64,000 nucleotides of DNA from Candidatus Heimdallarchaeota archaeon (lineage in GTDB: Archaea > Asgardarchaeota > Heimdallarchaeia > Hodarchaeales > Hodarchaeaceae). Below the pieces are notes generated by a model. That model was not told the DNA's origin, ran no database searches, and saw nothing but the letters and a program-made list of their open reading frames with translations. The position numbers were made by a program, and so were the translations under genes. The stretch covers positions 160,001 to 224,000 of the forward strand of contig RDOB01000001.1 of the NCBI GenBank assembly GCA_011364965.1, in the 5' to 3' direction. Shown here piece after piece: positions 44,625 through 55,412 of the stretch (positions are counted from its first letter, which is position 1; every line of letters begins with the position of its first letter).

Positions 44625-45158
44625 ATGCCAAAGCTAGATCCAGAGAGTAATGAAGCAAGAAAAAGATTAAGGAACGAGATAACAGGATATGTTACTTATG
44701 AAAAGCAAAACGATAGAAAATACACCGAAGACGCTTTTCGTGATTATTTAGAAACTAATTTATCGAATTCCTCTGATGAGATAAAAAAAATTCAAGAAGC
44801 AGCTCTTATGAGTCAAATGATCACAACTTGGTCAGATTTAGATCGTTTAATCAGCACTTTTACCGACCTTCGTCTTCTATTACAAAAAACTTCCTATGGG
44901 ATAAGTACATTTTTCGATTCGGAAGTGATTAAGGAATTTGATCTCAATTATCTTTATACACTGGAAAAAACCATTCTAGACATAATTTCAAGTTTAAAGG
45001 AAAAAATCTCACATTTTAATGACGCTATTGAAAGTGGAATGCTCTCTGATAGTAGTAGAATCACAAATGAAATACTGGACGACCTTTCAGCAGTCCAAGA
45101 CGCATGGGAAGAAAGAAGAAGGTTAATCGCAGACTTCCAAAAACTAGGTCTGGTCTAA
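44625..45158 (+). CDS. Hypothetical alpha-helical protein
   Basis: 177 aa; GGAGA SD; ITGY..YE...R and SYG.STFFD motifs. Confidence 0.75.
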   Translation: MPKLDPESNEARKRLRNEITGYVTYEKQNDRKYTEDAFRDYLETNLSNSSDEIKKIQEAALMSQMITTWSDLDRLISTFTDLRLLLQKTSYGISTFFDSEVIKEFDLNYLYTLEKTILDIISSLKEKISHFNDAIESGMLSDSSRITNEILDDLSAVQDAWEERRRLIADFQKLGLV

Positions 45159-45248
45159 GAATCATACATTAATTTTGCTTCGATATAATAATCATAATTT
45201 AAACCGAGGGAATGCCTTTTTTACTAAGAAAAAAATGCTCTGTTTGAC

Positions 45249-45281
45249 TGCATATTTTCGATTTTCGCAAAAAAATATGCA
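45249..45281. promoter_or_regulatory. 10-bp inverted repeat upstream of the MFS gene
   Basis: TGCATATTTT-N13-AAAATATGCA. Confidence 0.4.
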
Positions 45282-45317
45282 TTGAAAGGAAATCTTCTAT
45301 ATATATAGGTGTAAATT

Positions 45318-46589
45318 ATGTCTACAGAAATTATTTCAGAAGATCGCCAGAAATATATGGTTATTGGCGCTGCACTTGTAGTTCAGCTCTGTCTAGGATC
45401 AATTTATGCATGGTCAATCTTTAAAAAAGCCCTTTTAGCTGTCCCGTATTCAGCATCTGATGTCAATGCATCACTGCCATTTTCAATTGGATTACTATCT
45501 TTTGCATTGGTTATGATTGTAGCGGGGAGATTGCAGGATCAAATGGGTCCGAAAAAAATTGCTACTATTGGTGGTATACTTCTTGGAACAGGTTATCTTC
45601 TTGCAGGATTACCAGAATTCCTCAATATTTTTGCAGCTGACGATCCTTTGCTTACTATCTGGCTTGTATTAACCTATGGTGTCATTGGCGGAGCAGGTAT
45701 TGGATTTGCATATGTTTGTCCAATTGCTGCATTAGTTAAATGGTTTCCAGATATTAAAGGCTTAATAACTGGTATTGCAGTCGCAGGCTTTGGTGCAGGG
45801 GCATTAATATTCGCTCAAGTTGAGAGAATCCTTATCAACTTTGGAACTGAACCAAATATTGGATTTGCTTTCATTATACTCGGAATTGTGTATTTGATAG
45901 CTGTGACTGGATCAGCACAATTTTTAAAAAATCCCCCAGAAGGATACTCACGAAAAGCAGCTGTTGCAAAGACTAGCGGTGACGTTACTCCTTCTGTAGA
46001 ATATGAATGGAGAGAAATGATCTATACCCCTCAATTCTGGTTACTCTGGTTTATGTTTGTTCTTGCCGCAAGTGCAGGTTTAATGACAATTGGAAATGTT
46101 TCACCTTTTGTACAAGCACAAAATACTGCAATTGATGGAATTATGGCTGCGAACATTGTTGGAGTACTTTCTATATTTAATGCCCTTGGACGTATAGTTT
46201 GGGGAGCAACTTCAGATAGATTGGGAAGAACAATTACCATGGCAACAATGTTTGCAATTTTGGGAATTACAATGATTCTTTTTGGTTCCCAAACCGATGT
46301 TCTTTTGTTAACGATTGGTGCAGCAATTATAGGCTTTTGCTTTGGTGGAAACTTTGCTTTATTCCCATCTTCAACTGCTGATTTCTTTGGCACCAAAAAT
46401 GTTGGAAGCAATTATGGTTTTGTGTTCACAGCCTATGGAATTGCAGGCGTTTTTGGACCTATCCTTGCTGGAACCATTGTTGAACAAACAGGAGGCTATG
46501 GTTCAGCGTTTTTCATCCTAGGCGTGCTAGCTTTTGTTGCAGTTATATTAGCTCTTGTTTCAGAGTATCTTCAAAGAGCAAAGAAATAG
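45318..46589 (+). CDS. MFS transporter, oxalate/formate antiporter (OFA)-like
   Basis: GSIYAWS, GRLQDQMGPK, KWFPD.KG and FGTKNVGSNYG; about 12 TM segments. Confidence 0.9.
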   Translation: MSTEIISEDRQKYMVIGAALVVQLCLGSIYAWSIFKKALLAVPYSASDVNASLPFSIGLLSFALVMIVAGRLQDQMGPKKIATIGGILLGTGYLLAGLPEFLNIFAADDPLLTIWLVLTYGVIGGAGIGFAYVCPIAALVKWFPDIKGLITGIAVAGFGAGALIFAQVERILINFGTEPNIGFAFIILGIVYLIAVTGSAQFLKNPPEGYSRKAAVAKTSGDVTPSVEYEWREMIYTPQFWLLWFMFVLAASAGLMTIGNVSPFVQAQNTAIDGIMAANIVGVLSIFNALGRIVWGATSDRLGRTITMATMFAILGITMILFGSQTDVLLLTIGAAIIGFCFGGNFALFPSSTADFFGTKNVGSNYGFVFTAYGIAGVFGPILAGTIVEQTGGYGSAFFILGVLAFVAVILALVSEYLQRAKK

Positions 46590-46594
46590 CTCTA

Positions 46595-46621
46595 TTTTTT
46601 CCTTTTTTTTCCTTTTTCTTT
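46595..46621 (+). terminator. Oligo-T terminator
   Basis: Long T-tracts immediately after the MFS stop codon. Confidence 0.55.
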
Positions 46622-46913
46622 ATTTCTTTAGTTATTCCAACCCATACTCGATTGTCTACAATCTGTTATCAAAAATAGTGCGAAAGGGAGAGAAGTGGAC
46701 CTTTTAGATGTTTAAATAATGATTACCAACCAAATATGCTGATTAAAAATTGATTATTATTTGGAAAAGAAAATTCTTAACATTAGTACGAAAAACTCTA
46801 TTTCAGACTACAGGACAATATACGTCTCTGTATCGGCACTAATGACTATTTAAAAAGATAGACTTTAGGCCACTTCTTGCAAGAACAGAATTAAAATTTT
46901 TATAGGCGATAAT

Positions 46914-48947
46914 ATGTCAGAGCTTACAGCAACAGAGAAAGAAAAGGCAAAAAAGTATTATCCTCTGCCTAAATTGGCAGAGAAAGCCAGAATTAAAAGT
47001 ATGGACGCATATTTTAAAAAATGGAAATATTCCGTAGAACATATGGAAGAATTCTGGGCAGATGAAGCGAAGAAACTTGATTTCTTCACTCCCTATGAGA
47101 AAGTGTGGCAACCACCAACTGGTCGAAATGACGAATTTGTTGGAAAATGGTTCGTAGGTGGTAAACTCAACGCTACTTATAATTGTTTAGATCGGTGGGT
47201 AGAAAAAGGGTATGGTGACGAAGTAGCACTCATATGGATGGGTGAAGATGACACAGTAAAGAAATTCACATATAAATCACTAATGGAAGAAGTAAATAAA
47301 GCAGCAAATGCTTTGAAATCGTTAGGTGTGAAAAAAGGGGATCGAGTATGTCTATGGTTACCAATGGTTGATTCTCTTGCCATTATTATGCTTGCTTGTG
47401 CAAGGATAGGAGCAATTCACTCAATAGTATTCGGTGGATTTTCTGCAGAGTCAGTTAAAGATCGAATTGATGATTCTGCATGTAAAATATTAGTCGTTGC
47501 TGATGAGGTACGACGTGCAGGGAAACCTAGACCAATGAAGAACAGTCTGAAAGGAGTAATTGAAACCTGTGATTCCATTGAGTATGTTGCTATCATTAAA
47601 CTCACTGGTGGAGAGGTATATCAATACGAGAAAGATGTTGATTTCTTAGCTCTAATGGAACAACAATCTACTGAATGCAAAAGTGAACCAATGGATGCAG
47701 AGGATCCATTATTTATCTTATATACATCTGGGACAACTGGAAAACCGAAAGGTGTTGTTCACACAACAGCAGGTTATTTAGTATATGGTATATCTTCCAA
47801 TTACTATGTATGGGATTATTCCTGTCTTCTTGATTTGAAAGGTGATACTCCTGCAACCCGTGATGTTTGGTACTGTACAGCAGATATTGGCTGGATTACT
47901 GGCCATACAGAAATTATATACTCTCCTCTTGCATTAGGCGCCATCAGTGTAATGTATGAAGGTATCCCAACTTGGCCACATGGAGGTAGATTCTGGGAAA
48001 TCTGTGAGAAATTTGGTGTAACTCATTTCTACACTGCTCCTACAGCTATTCGAGCTCTCAAGAAGCTAGGTGATGAAAACGTTACAAAATGGGATCTATC
48101 GAAACTCAAAATGCTAGGTACTGTAGGTGAAGTATGTAATTGGCCCGAATGGAAATGGTATTGGGATGTTGTTGGAAAAGGAACAAGTGGCGATAAGCCT
48201 GTTGGCCGTCCGATAGTGGATAGTTATTGGCAAACTGAAACAGGTTCATATATGATGGTAAATCTAGGAGCAATTACTCCAATGAAACCTGGAAGCTGTA
48301 CATTCCCATTCTTTGGAATACATCCTATTTTGCTTGACGAAGATGGCAATAAAGTTACAAAACCTAATACTCAAGCCTATTTCACATATGATTTGAGCTG
48401 GCCTGGGTTGATGAGAACGGTCTGGAATGATCATCCCCGTTTTGTGAATACTTACCTAACCAGATTTCCAGGTTATTATGTGACTGGGGATTATGCATTG
48501 ATTGACGATGAAGGTTATTATTTCATTCTAGGTCGCTCCGATGATGTAATCAAAGTATCTGGTCACCGTCTTGGGTCTGCAGAAGTTGAAGCTGCAATTA
48601 ATTCTCATCCAAAAGTGGTAGAATCCGCTGTAATCCCATATCCACACTCAGTCAAAGGATCCACGATTTTTGCGTACATAACCTTGATGAATGACGATGA
48701 AGCCAGTGAAGAGTTGAAAAAAGACATCCAAAATCACGTTCGTTCAGTAGCTGGCCCAGCTGTCTATCCTGAGGTCATTATGTTCGCTGGCGCAGTTCCT
48801 AAGACTCGTTCTGGAAAAATTATGAGAAGAATTCTCAAAGCTGTAGCAGAACAGAAGGACATTGGTAATACTATGACTTTAGCTAATCCAGAAGTAGTTG
48901 AAGAACTCATAGCGCGTCGGAAAATGATGGGAGAAATTAAATTCTAA
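46914..48947 (+). CDS. acs: Acetyl-CoA synthetase (AMP-forming)
   Basis: YTSGTTGKPKG, ADIGWITGH, WQTETG and PKTRSGKIMRR. Confidence 0.95.
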   Translation: MSELTATEKEKAKKYYPLPKLAEKARIKSMDAYFKKWKYSVEHMEEFWADEAKKLDFFTPYEKVWQPPTGRNDEFVGKWFVGGKLNATYNCLDRWVEKGYGDEVALIWMGEDDTVKKFTYKSLMEEVNKAANALKSLGVKKGDRVCLWLPMVDSLAIIMLACARIGAIHSIVFGGFSAESVKDRIDDSACKILVVADEVRRAGKPRPMKNSLKGVIETCDSIEYVAIIKLTGGEVYQYEKDVDFLALMEQQSTECKSEPMDAEDPLFILYTSGTTGKPKGVVHTTAGYLVYGISSNYYVWDYSCLLDLKGDTPATRDVWYCTADIGWITGHTEIIYSPLALGAISVMYEGIPTWPHGGRFWEICEKFGVTHFYTAPTAIRALKKLGDENVTKWDLSKLKMLGTVGEVCNWPEWKWYWDVVGKGTSGDKPVGRPIVDSYWQTETGSYMMVNLGAITPMKPGSCTFPFFGIHPILLDEDGNKVTKPNTQAYFTYDLSWPGLMRTVWNDHPRFVNTYLTRFPGYYVTGDYALIDDEGYYFILGRSDDVIKVSGHRLGSAEVEAAINSHPKVVESAVIPYPHSVKGSTIFAYITLMNDDEASEELKKDIQNHVRSVAGPAVYPEVIMFAGAVPKTRSGKIMRRILKAVAEQKDIGNTMTLANPEVVEELIARRKMMGEIKF

Positions 48948-49020
48948 TTTTTTATTTTCCCCCTTTTTTTATTTCATTCCGTTTTTTAGGTTATTATAAA
49001 TTCCTGAATTCGTATATATA

Positions 49021-49443
49021 ATGAATATACAAGCATTCAGAGGATTCATTTTGATGAATTATAATGATTTAACAATATTACAAATCTTTAGCATTACCTT
49101 CTTCGGAATACTTTTTGGCGTTTTTGAACTGATTACTAATGGAATTTACATTATTACTAGAAATTATTCTCTTCCCTCCAAACAACACCGTTTTGAGCTC
49201 CCTCTTAATCCATCATCAAAGATAGTTTGGCACAAAGTTGTTCAAATGCACATTTTGGGATTTTTACTTACAACCACTGCTATAATAGCATTGTTGTTCT
49301 CTCCTTACATATTCATTGTGGGTGTAGCCATGATATTAATAAATGGATTGATAGATTATACTAAATTCCACAAATCTAGTGTTTTTTATTTCTGGATAAT
49401 TTTAGCTATACTTGCTGGCTCCTCGCTCTTAATAGTCATATAA
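49021..49443 (+). CDS. Hypothetical membrane protein
   Basis: About 4 TM segments; start may be 49054. Confidence 0.65.
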   Translation: MNIQAFRGFILMNYNDLTILQIFSITFFGILFGVFELITNGIYIITRNYSLPSKQHRFELPLNPSSKIVWHKVVQMHILGFLLTTTAIIALLFSPYIFIVGVAMILINGLIDYTKFHKSSVFYFWIILAILAGSSLLIVI

Positions 49444-49725
49444 TGATTTAATTTTTTCTAGAATATCTTCGTATTTAGCACTTTTGATCCGAAATACCTT
49501 TTTTGTTGATGTTTCGCCTCTTTCTAGCCTAATTTCCTTTTTAAATTGCTTTTTAAGCAATCTAAGTATCTCTTTATTCGCTTTTCCCTTTACTGGTTGT
49601 GATGTTACGAAAATTATCAAATTTTCATTGTTTATTTGTATTTTTGATTGTTTCTGTCCAGTTTTTATTTGAGCGATAAGTAGAATATCTTGTGAGTCTA
49701 CCTTCAACCATTCTGGAGGGTGCAT
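49429..49725 (-). CDS. DUF167/YggU family protein
   Basis: PVKGKANKEI and RGETSTKK. Confidence 0.85.
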   Translation of the reverse strand: MHPPEWLKVDSQDILLIAQIKTGQKQSKIQINNENLIIFVTSQPVKGKANKEILRLLKKQFKKEIRLERGETSTKKVFRIKSAKYEDILEKIKSLYDY

Positions 49726-51695
49726 TCTATTCCATCTGCATGTAAAGAAGTGATATCAGAAAATGATATTTGTTTTAAAGTAAATTGCCTTTCAATTATT
49801 TTGAGGGCATCCATTAAAGGTAGATTTTCTTCAATCCATATAAAATTAAGAAAATAACGAGCTAGATTACTTGGATTCAAGCTCTCACTATAGGGAATAC
49901 CTAATGCGAGAGAAACTCGTTTTTGAAATCTACTAATATATTGAGGGGAGGATTTTCGTCCAATCTCACGAATGATATCTTCTGGTTGTTTAAATGTCCC
50001 AAGAATGTAAAAATTTCCTCCAATTACCGTGAATCCATAGATAATTCCTGTTTCTTCATCCTGTGTAATGAATTTCTTCCCTAATAAATACCTAAAAGTT
50101 TCTGGTACAGAATGAAAATAAACACCGATTTTTGCATGAACTTCATCTGAGAGGAATATAAATGCTGAAGTAGGGAGAACACAGTAGTAAGAAGTAAGAA
50201 TTTCGTGAGGTGAGACCAGTAAGCGTTCAATGTTATTTAATAACCAGAGATTTTCTGGAGAAAATGCGTTTCCCTCTCCAATATTTAACTTCTTTGCAAT
50301 AGAAAAACGAAGATCAGCTAGATTCTGCTTTGCTAATCCTTCAAGAAATATATCGAGTAAATAAGAAGGAGGAACAGGTCGTTTGATGATGATTGCTTGG
50401 CCATAGGGAGAAGCATTAATTAAACCCGCGATACGCCCAAAATTCGATCCTGCCATTCCTTTAATTTGGTTTCCGATAATTGATTCATTGGTTTTAGCCC
50501 TTCCTGCAGCTGGAATCCAAGCAGGAATTTTTAACACCTCTAGAGCTTCATTGTTAACAATAGATCGTTCTAAAGATGGATTTTTAAACTTTTTATCTTC
50601 CAGAAACCATGCTTTTGTTAAATTTGGTTTAATTGGGCTAGCTTCAACTCCAGATTGCGTCAGCCACTGGTTAAATATTGAAGGGATCAAAGATATCTTT
50701 TCAGGTATATTTAATGCCTGACTAATAATTGCAGTCAATTCTTGGGTTGTGATAGACTTCAAGTCAATAGAAATCCTTCTTAATGAGTCGTAATACTTTT
50801 TTTTCAATATAGATATGTCCAAAGGAGCCTCTTGAACAATGGGTATGTAAATTCGGTCATCTATTCTCACTGGGGGTCGAAATAATCCAAGTGGGATTCC
50901 TTCAATATCAAAAGCTACTCTACCTACAAAATCCCATAAATCTACAGCTATTTGTTCACTTATTTGATCTTCAACAGAAGGACAAGACGGGGGAATGAGA
51001 TCTTTAGATTCCTCTATATCTTGAATGGGGGTCGAAATAATAGATGATACTCCTTGTTGCAAACTAAAAGGCTTTATCATCTCTTCTAAATCAAAAATTT
51101 TGTCAGATTCATCTTTTATAGGAATTTTTAATGATTCAAGGATTTCTAGCTCAACTTCGTTAAGAATTTCTGTATCCAAGGCTAAGTCGTTTTTATAAAA
51201 ACTCTTAAGTGAATAATCTTGCCATATTCTGGCAAATTCACTAAATAAACTCTTCAGAGATGCAAATTCATGCTCAGAACTAATTTGATTTATGAAATCT
51301 TCAATATCTATACTATTTTCTTTTTCGATATTACTTAATCGTTTTAATTTTAAATTCAATCGGTAATTTAACTGGTTCTGCTTCAACGAGTAGAATTCTT
51401 TTTTTCTGACATAATTACTGATGATCTCTTTAGCTCGTTCACGATCTAAATTCCCAGTTTCCCATTCTTTGACACTTTTCTTGATTCTTGTTTCAGTTTC
51501 ATGAATTAATAATTTTTTAGATTGGATCTCTTTGTTTATAAAAACAACTCCAAATATATCAATAAATGGAACTCTCTCCATTTTCTTTTGAACATCACTT
51601 GTCTTAAGATCATCCAAAAATTGAATTAAAGTACTTTCATTTAGGATTCCAGTATCTCGGAGATCTATTAGGATTTTACGTAGATCATTCATCAA
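49704..51695 (-). CDS. Hypothetical protein: N-terminal helical region plus three PRC-barrel-like repeats
   Basis: FVGRVAFDIEGIPLG, IIGNQIKGMAGSNFGRI and LLGKKFITQDEETGII, each followed by a similar helical insert. Confidence 0.7.
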   Translation of the reverse strand: MMNDLRKILIDLRDTGILNESTLIQFLDDLKTSDVQKKMERVPFIDIFGVVFINKEIQSKKLLIHETETRIKKSVKEWETGNLDRERAKEIISNYVRKKEFYSLKQNQLNYRLNLKLKRLSNIEKENSIDIEDFINQISSEHEFASLKSLFSEFARIWQDYSLKSFYKNDLALDTEILNEVELEILESLKIPIKDESDKIFDLEEMIKPFSLQQGVSSIISTPIQDIEESKDLIPPSCPSVEDQISEQIAVDLWDFVGRVAFDIEGIPLGLFRPPVRIDDRIYIPIVQEAPLDISILKKKYYDSLRRISIDLKSITTQELTAIISQALNIPEKISLIPSIFNQWLTQSGVEASPIKPNLTKAWFLEDKKFKNPSLERSIVNNEALEVLKIPAWIPAAGRAKTNESIIGNQIKGMAGSNFGRIAGLINASPYGQAIIIKRPVPPSYLLDIFLEGLAKQNLADLRFSIAKKLNIGEGNAFSPENLWLLNNIERLLVSPHEILTSYYCVLPTSAFIFLSDEVHAKIGVYFHSVPETFRYLLGKKFITQDEETGIIYGFTVIGGNFYILGTFKQPEDIIREIGRKSSPQYISRFQKRVSLALGIPYSESLNPSNLARYFLNFIWIEENLPLMDALKIIERQFTLKQISFSDITSLHADGIECTLQNG

Positions 51696-51855
51696 TTTTA
51701 ATTCCGGAGCTTTCCTTCATAAAACAATCTGGTAAATACTTCAACTAGTCTCATAAATCACTTTGCTATTGAGAAAATAGACGAGGAAACGCGACGCACC
51801 TAGTTTATCTTTAATGATTTTATCCGATTAAATCTTCAGTTATTACGAATTTATT

Positions 51856-52872
51856 TTATTGAGACTCATTAGACTTAGAACCTAGGTTTTCTGGAACTGT
51901 GAACTCAAATGGAGGTTTTGTAGTTACAATTACTCCCTTTTCCTCGGTTATTATGAATGTGTGCTCATGCTGAGCAACATAACTTCCTTTTTCATCAGCT
52001 AAAGGAGGATAAGCTATCGCGCCGCCTCCATTTAGTAGCTGACGAAGTGTAAACCGAACTCGTGATTGATTGAATCCGTCAAATGATGTAAGATGTCTTT
52101 CAGCAAAAGGTAAAGATTTGTATCTTTGGTATGTTGTAGAGTAGATTTTCCTAGATACTGGATTTCGGATTGCAATCCGCCTCGGAAGTAGCATATAGAT
52201 GAATTTAGACCCAGATACTTCATGGACGCTGCCTGTTCCTGTAGAAGCGAATGTTTCCAACGCAAAAGCCTCTCCCACCTGCAAATCACCCTCAGCGGGA
52301 TCATATGGGACACTTATGTTCGGTAAACGCTTATCTCCATGTAATTCGTACCTACCAAGCTTATGTCCAGTTAACTCTCGTATTGGTCTATAATCATAAC
52401 TAAGAATGGTTTCTTCGATTTGTTTTCCTATAACAGATGGGAGTGTACCTGCTTGTATGATCTCCATTCCAGAACGGAATCCCTCTTCCGCAGCTTTGAC
52501 CAGGTTCTTATAGGTATTAGAGAGAGGGATGGATACAGCTGTGTCTGCAATGTATCCATTTACATGAACACCAATATCCAATTTTACTATACCATCGTTT
52601 GGTATAACGCTTTGATCTCCATATGGACTTGAATAATGAGCAGCAATATTATCAATCGAGACATTTGTAGGAAAACCTAAACCATCGGCCCCTTTTTCCA
52701 AAATCAGATTCTCTGCTGTTTCGCACACATTAATAATTGGGATATTGGGCTTAATCATTGATTTTACTTCATCCAAAACTTCGTATGCAATCTTGCCAGC
52801 CTTCTGATAGTAATAAATCTTTTCCTCTTCTGTTATTCCCTCTTCAGATGTCCAATCACTCACGAGATTCAC
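51856..52872 (-). CDS. map: Methionine aminopeptidase type II
   Basis: FPTNVS...AAHY, KLDIGVHVNGYIADTA, LTGH, ETFAS and QHEHT. Confidence 0.96.
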   Translation of the reverse strand: MNLVSDWTSEEGITEEEKIYYYQKAGKIAYEVLDEVKSMIKPNIPIINVCETAENLILEKGADGLGFPTNVSIDNIAAHYSSPYGDQSVIPNDGIVKLDIGVHVNGYIADTAVSIPLSNTYKNLVKAAEEGFRSGMEIIQAGTLPSVIGKQIEETILSYDYRPIRELTGHKLGRYELHGDKRLPNISVPYDPAEGDLQVGEAFALETFASTGTGSVHEVSGSKFIYMLLPRRIAIRNPVSRKIYSTTYQRYKSLPFAERHLTSFDGFNQSRVRFTLRQLLNGGGAIAYPPLADEKGSYVAQHEHTFIITEEKGVIVTTKPPFEFTVPENLGSKSNESQ

Positions 52873-53021
52873 CTAAATCCATTTTAAATATATAAATACA
52901 ACTAATTAGTTTCATTAGAAAATTTTTTTTATCCTAGACTTTTTTATTAATCTTAACTTGATCCTTAATTCGGAAATCCTACAAACAATTTTTAATGATA
53001 TGAGTTTCAGAGGTTCACCAC

Positions 53022-54287
53022 TTGAACAATGAAAATATAGTATTAGAACTTGAAGAATTATTAAAAAGGCAATATATTCTATCATCAGAGAGAGCAGTTG
53101 AATTTATTAACTTTTGTGACCTTTTGGGAGAGAAAATTCATTCTATCGATGAAGAAAAAAAAGATTTTTATCTTTATATTATTCAACATCTTCGGTTATT
53201 CTTTAATTCGGAATTTATGTACCATAGCAATTTAGTTGAAAAAGCACTTAAATCTTACCAGAAAATGAAGGAAAATTTGTCCATTACACAAACGGAATTC
53301 CCTGATCTTTATGCAACTTGGCAATATGATATTGATCGATTAATATACAGGACTGAGGCGCGAATCCAAGAGCTTAAAGCACAATTCGCAGTAATTCAAG
53401 AGGATTATATCCAAGCTGATGTTTTATTTGTTGAAACTCTAAATAGATATAATGTTGAATTAGAATTTGAACAAAAAAATGAAGACTACGAACACTACTT
53501 TGACTCATTGGCACATATTTTCTATAATACTGGATTACTCTATAGAATACGAGGAAAAACAACAAAAAATCAAGCTGATTTATACCAAGCTTTGAAAAAT
53601 TTGAGGAAAGCGGAATTTCTTGGTAAAACAGGATTTTCAGCATTAATTGACGAAATTAAAGAGGAAAAGTTTTCATTTACTCAGATAAAACTAGAAAATC
53701 AAGCAGATACTTTTTTTACGAAAGGATTAACTGAATCAGAAATGGAGAATTATAATATAGCTAAGAACATGTATCAGAAATCTGCTCAAATTTATCGATC
53801 CTTAAATCATCTAAAACCTGCGTTTGAATATGAACTTCAAGAACAGATCCAAATTTCCTCATATTATGAAGCTACGGCAAAGAATTATATGATTCAAGAC
53901 ATGAATGAAGAAGCGGCAAAACAATTCTCTAACGCAAGTCAAATTCTACAGCAATTGCTAACGAAACTCAATAATGAAGTTTTATCACTACAATTTGCTC
54001 CACAAATTAAATATTTTGATGCTATGGAATTATTTTGCCAGGCAGTTACAGAATATGACAAATTAGATACAAAAGCTGCAGAACATTTCGATTTGGCCCA
54101 AAAAATGTTAAATAGGGCTAAACTGGAATCAGATGAGCAGAATAATCAACCTCTTGCAAAAAGCTGTACTGATGCATTGGCTAGATTGAACTCTTATCAA
54201 GAGATTGTTGAGCTTATGCTTTCACCGTCTCAAATTGATAGAGAAGAGACTTTAGATGAATTTAAGGAAAATCTAGAAGAAGAATAA
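53022..54287 (+). CDS. TPR-like helical repeat protein
   Basis: Repeated A...Y/F..A helical hairpins. Confidence 0.75.
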   Translation: MNNENIVLELEELLKRQYILSSERAVEFINFCDLLGEKIHSIDEEKKDFYLYIIQHLRLFFNSEFMYHSNLVEKALKSYQKMKENLSITQTEFPDLYATWQYDIDRLIYRTEARIQELKAQFAVIQEDYIQADVLFVETLNRYNVELEFEQKNEDYEHYFDSLAHIFYNTGLLYRIRGKTTKNQADLYQALKNLRKAEFLGKTGFSALIDEIKEEKFSFTQIKLENQADTFFTKGLTESEMENYNIAKNMYQKSAQIYRSLNHLKPAFEYELQEQIQISSYYEATAKNYMIQDMNEEAAKQFSNASQILQQLLTKLNNEVLSLQFAPQIKYFDAMELFCQAVTEYDKLDTKAAEHFDLAQKMLNRAKLESDEQNNQPLAKSCTDALARLNSYQEIVELMLSPSQIDREETLDEFKENLEEE

Positions 54288-54298
54288 GCTTTATTTCC

Positions 54299-54622
54299 TT
54301 ATTCGCTAGATAGTTGTAATTGTTCTAGGATTACATAAGCCTCAAGCAATGATATGCCCAGGTCTTGAGCTAATTCCTCTGGAGCGATATTTGGATTCGA
54401 AGGAAGTATTTTTTGACGGGTCCAAGCAAGATTTGAAGCAAAACCAGGTATCCGCGTCATAAGAGGATCAAGTAACTCAATTATTTGTTCTTTTGATAAT
54501 TGATTCAGTATTGGAGCAGATCCACTTCGATTGATAATTTTAGGGAGCTTTTTCACGTCTCTTGAACTTTTTCCTTCACTATTTGCTTTTTTTTGTGATA
54601 AGAAATGATTCAAGTCTGACAT
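54299..54622 (-). CDS. Hypothetical protein with C-terminal HTH
   Basis: NPNIAPEELAQDLGISLLEAYVIL. Confidence 0.65.
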   Translation of the reverse strand: MSDLNHFLSQKKANSEGKSSRDVKKLPKIINRSGSAPILNQLSKEQIIELLDPLMTRIPGFASNLAWTRQKILPSNPNIAPEELAQDLGISLLEAYVILEQLQLSSE

Positions 54623-55100
54623 CTTTTCTCTTAACCTGGTATAAGCTGGGATCTGAATTATAAAACTTTATGTATATGATAATTTTTGTCCAATAAAGGC
54701 AATTTAATATTTAAGTCCTCGGTTTGGACGCTGATAACTCCTTGAGTTCTCTCGGGCTAAGGGAAGCATGATTTATACTTTTTCGAGATACTTATTGAGG
54801 GGATACAAATAATATGAACTCATTATAAAAACCGTGAATGAATTCCATGGTTAGATCCATTCAATAGATCTGTAGTTAGTGGACATAGATTTGTAGAGGC
54901 AAATGAAACTCCATAAGATTAGCAAAACATTTTCTTTTGTAAAAAAAGGAAGAAATTGTCCTTTCAAGCACAAAAGAGGTTACCATGTGAACATCTAGCC
55001 TTAAAAAATTTAACTTACCATTTTAATAGTAATATTTTTATATATAGAGGCAGATCCCCTTTTTCCGACCAAAAAAACTATTAGAGGTTTATACAACAAA

Positions 55101-55412
55101 ATGGGTGAAACTTGCCGTACTTGCGGATTGCCACTAGAATTATGCGCATGCGAAGATATTTCTCGAGAAGAAACCACTTCAATCCGAGTTTTTATCGAAA
55201 AACGTAAATGGGGTCGGGAAGTAACAATTATCGATGGATTAAGCAAGGATATTGATCTAAAAAGTCTTGCTAAACATCTTAAAAAGAGTTTAGCTACTGG
55301 CGGGACTTTAAAAGAAGGAAGAATTGAGCTTCAGGGAAATTTTATGCGCCTAGTTGCTCCTATCTTAATAAATGAGGGTTTTCCAGAATCCTCTATTGAG
55401 CTTCGTGAATAA
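55101..55412 (+). CDS. Translation initiation factor aIF1/SUI1 (YciH)
   Basis: CRTCGLP.ELCAC, GREVTIIDG, LKK.LATGGT and IELQG. Confidence 0.94.
   Translation: MGETCRTCGLPLELCACEDISREETTSIRVFIEKRKWGREVTIIDGLSKDIDLKSLAKHLKKSLATGGTLKEGRIELQGNFMRLVAPILINEGFPESSIELRE

Noticed and set aside
54710-54890. Possible two-hairpin H/ACA RNA
   Set aside because: Competing weak stems and wrong pocket-to-ACA distance
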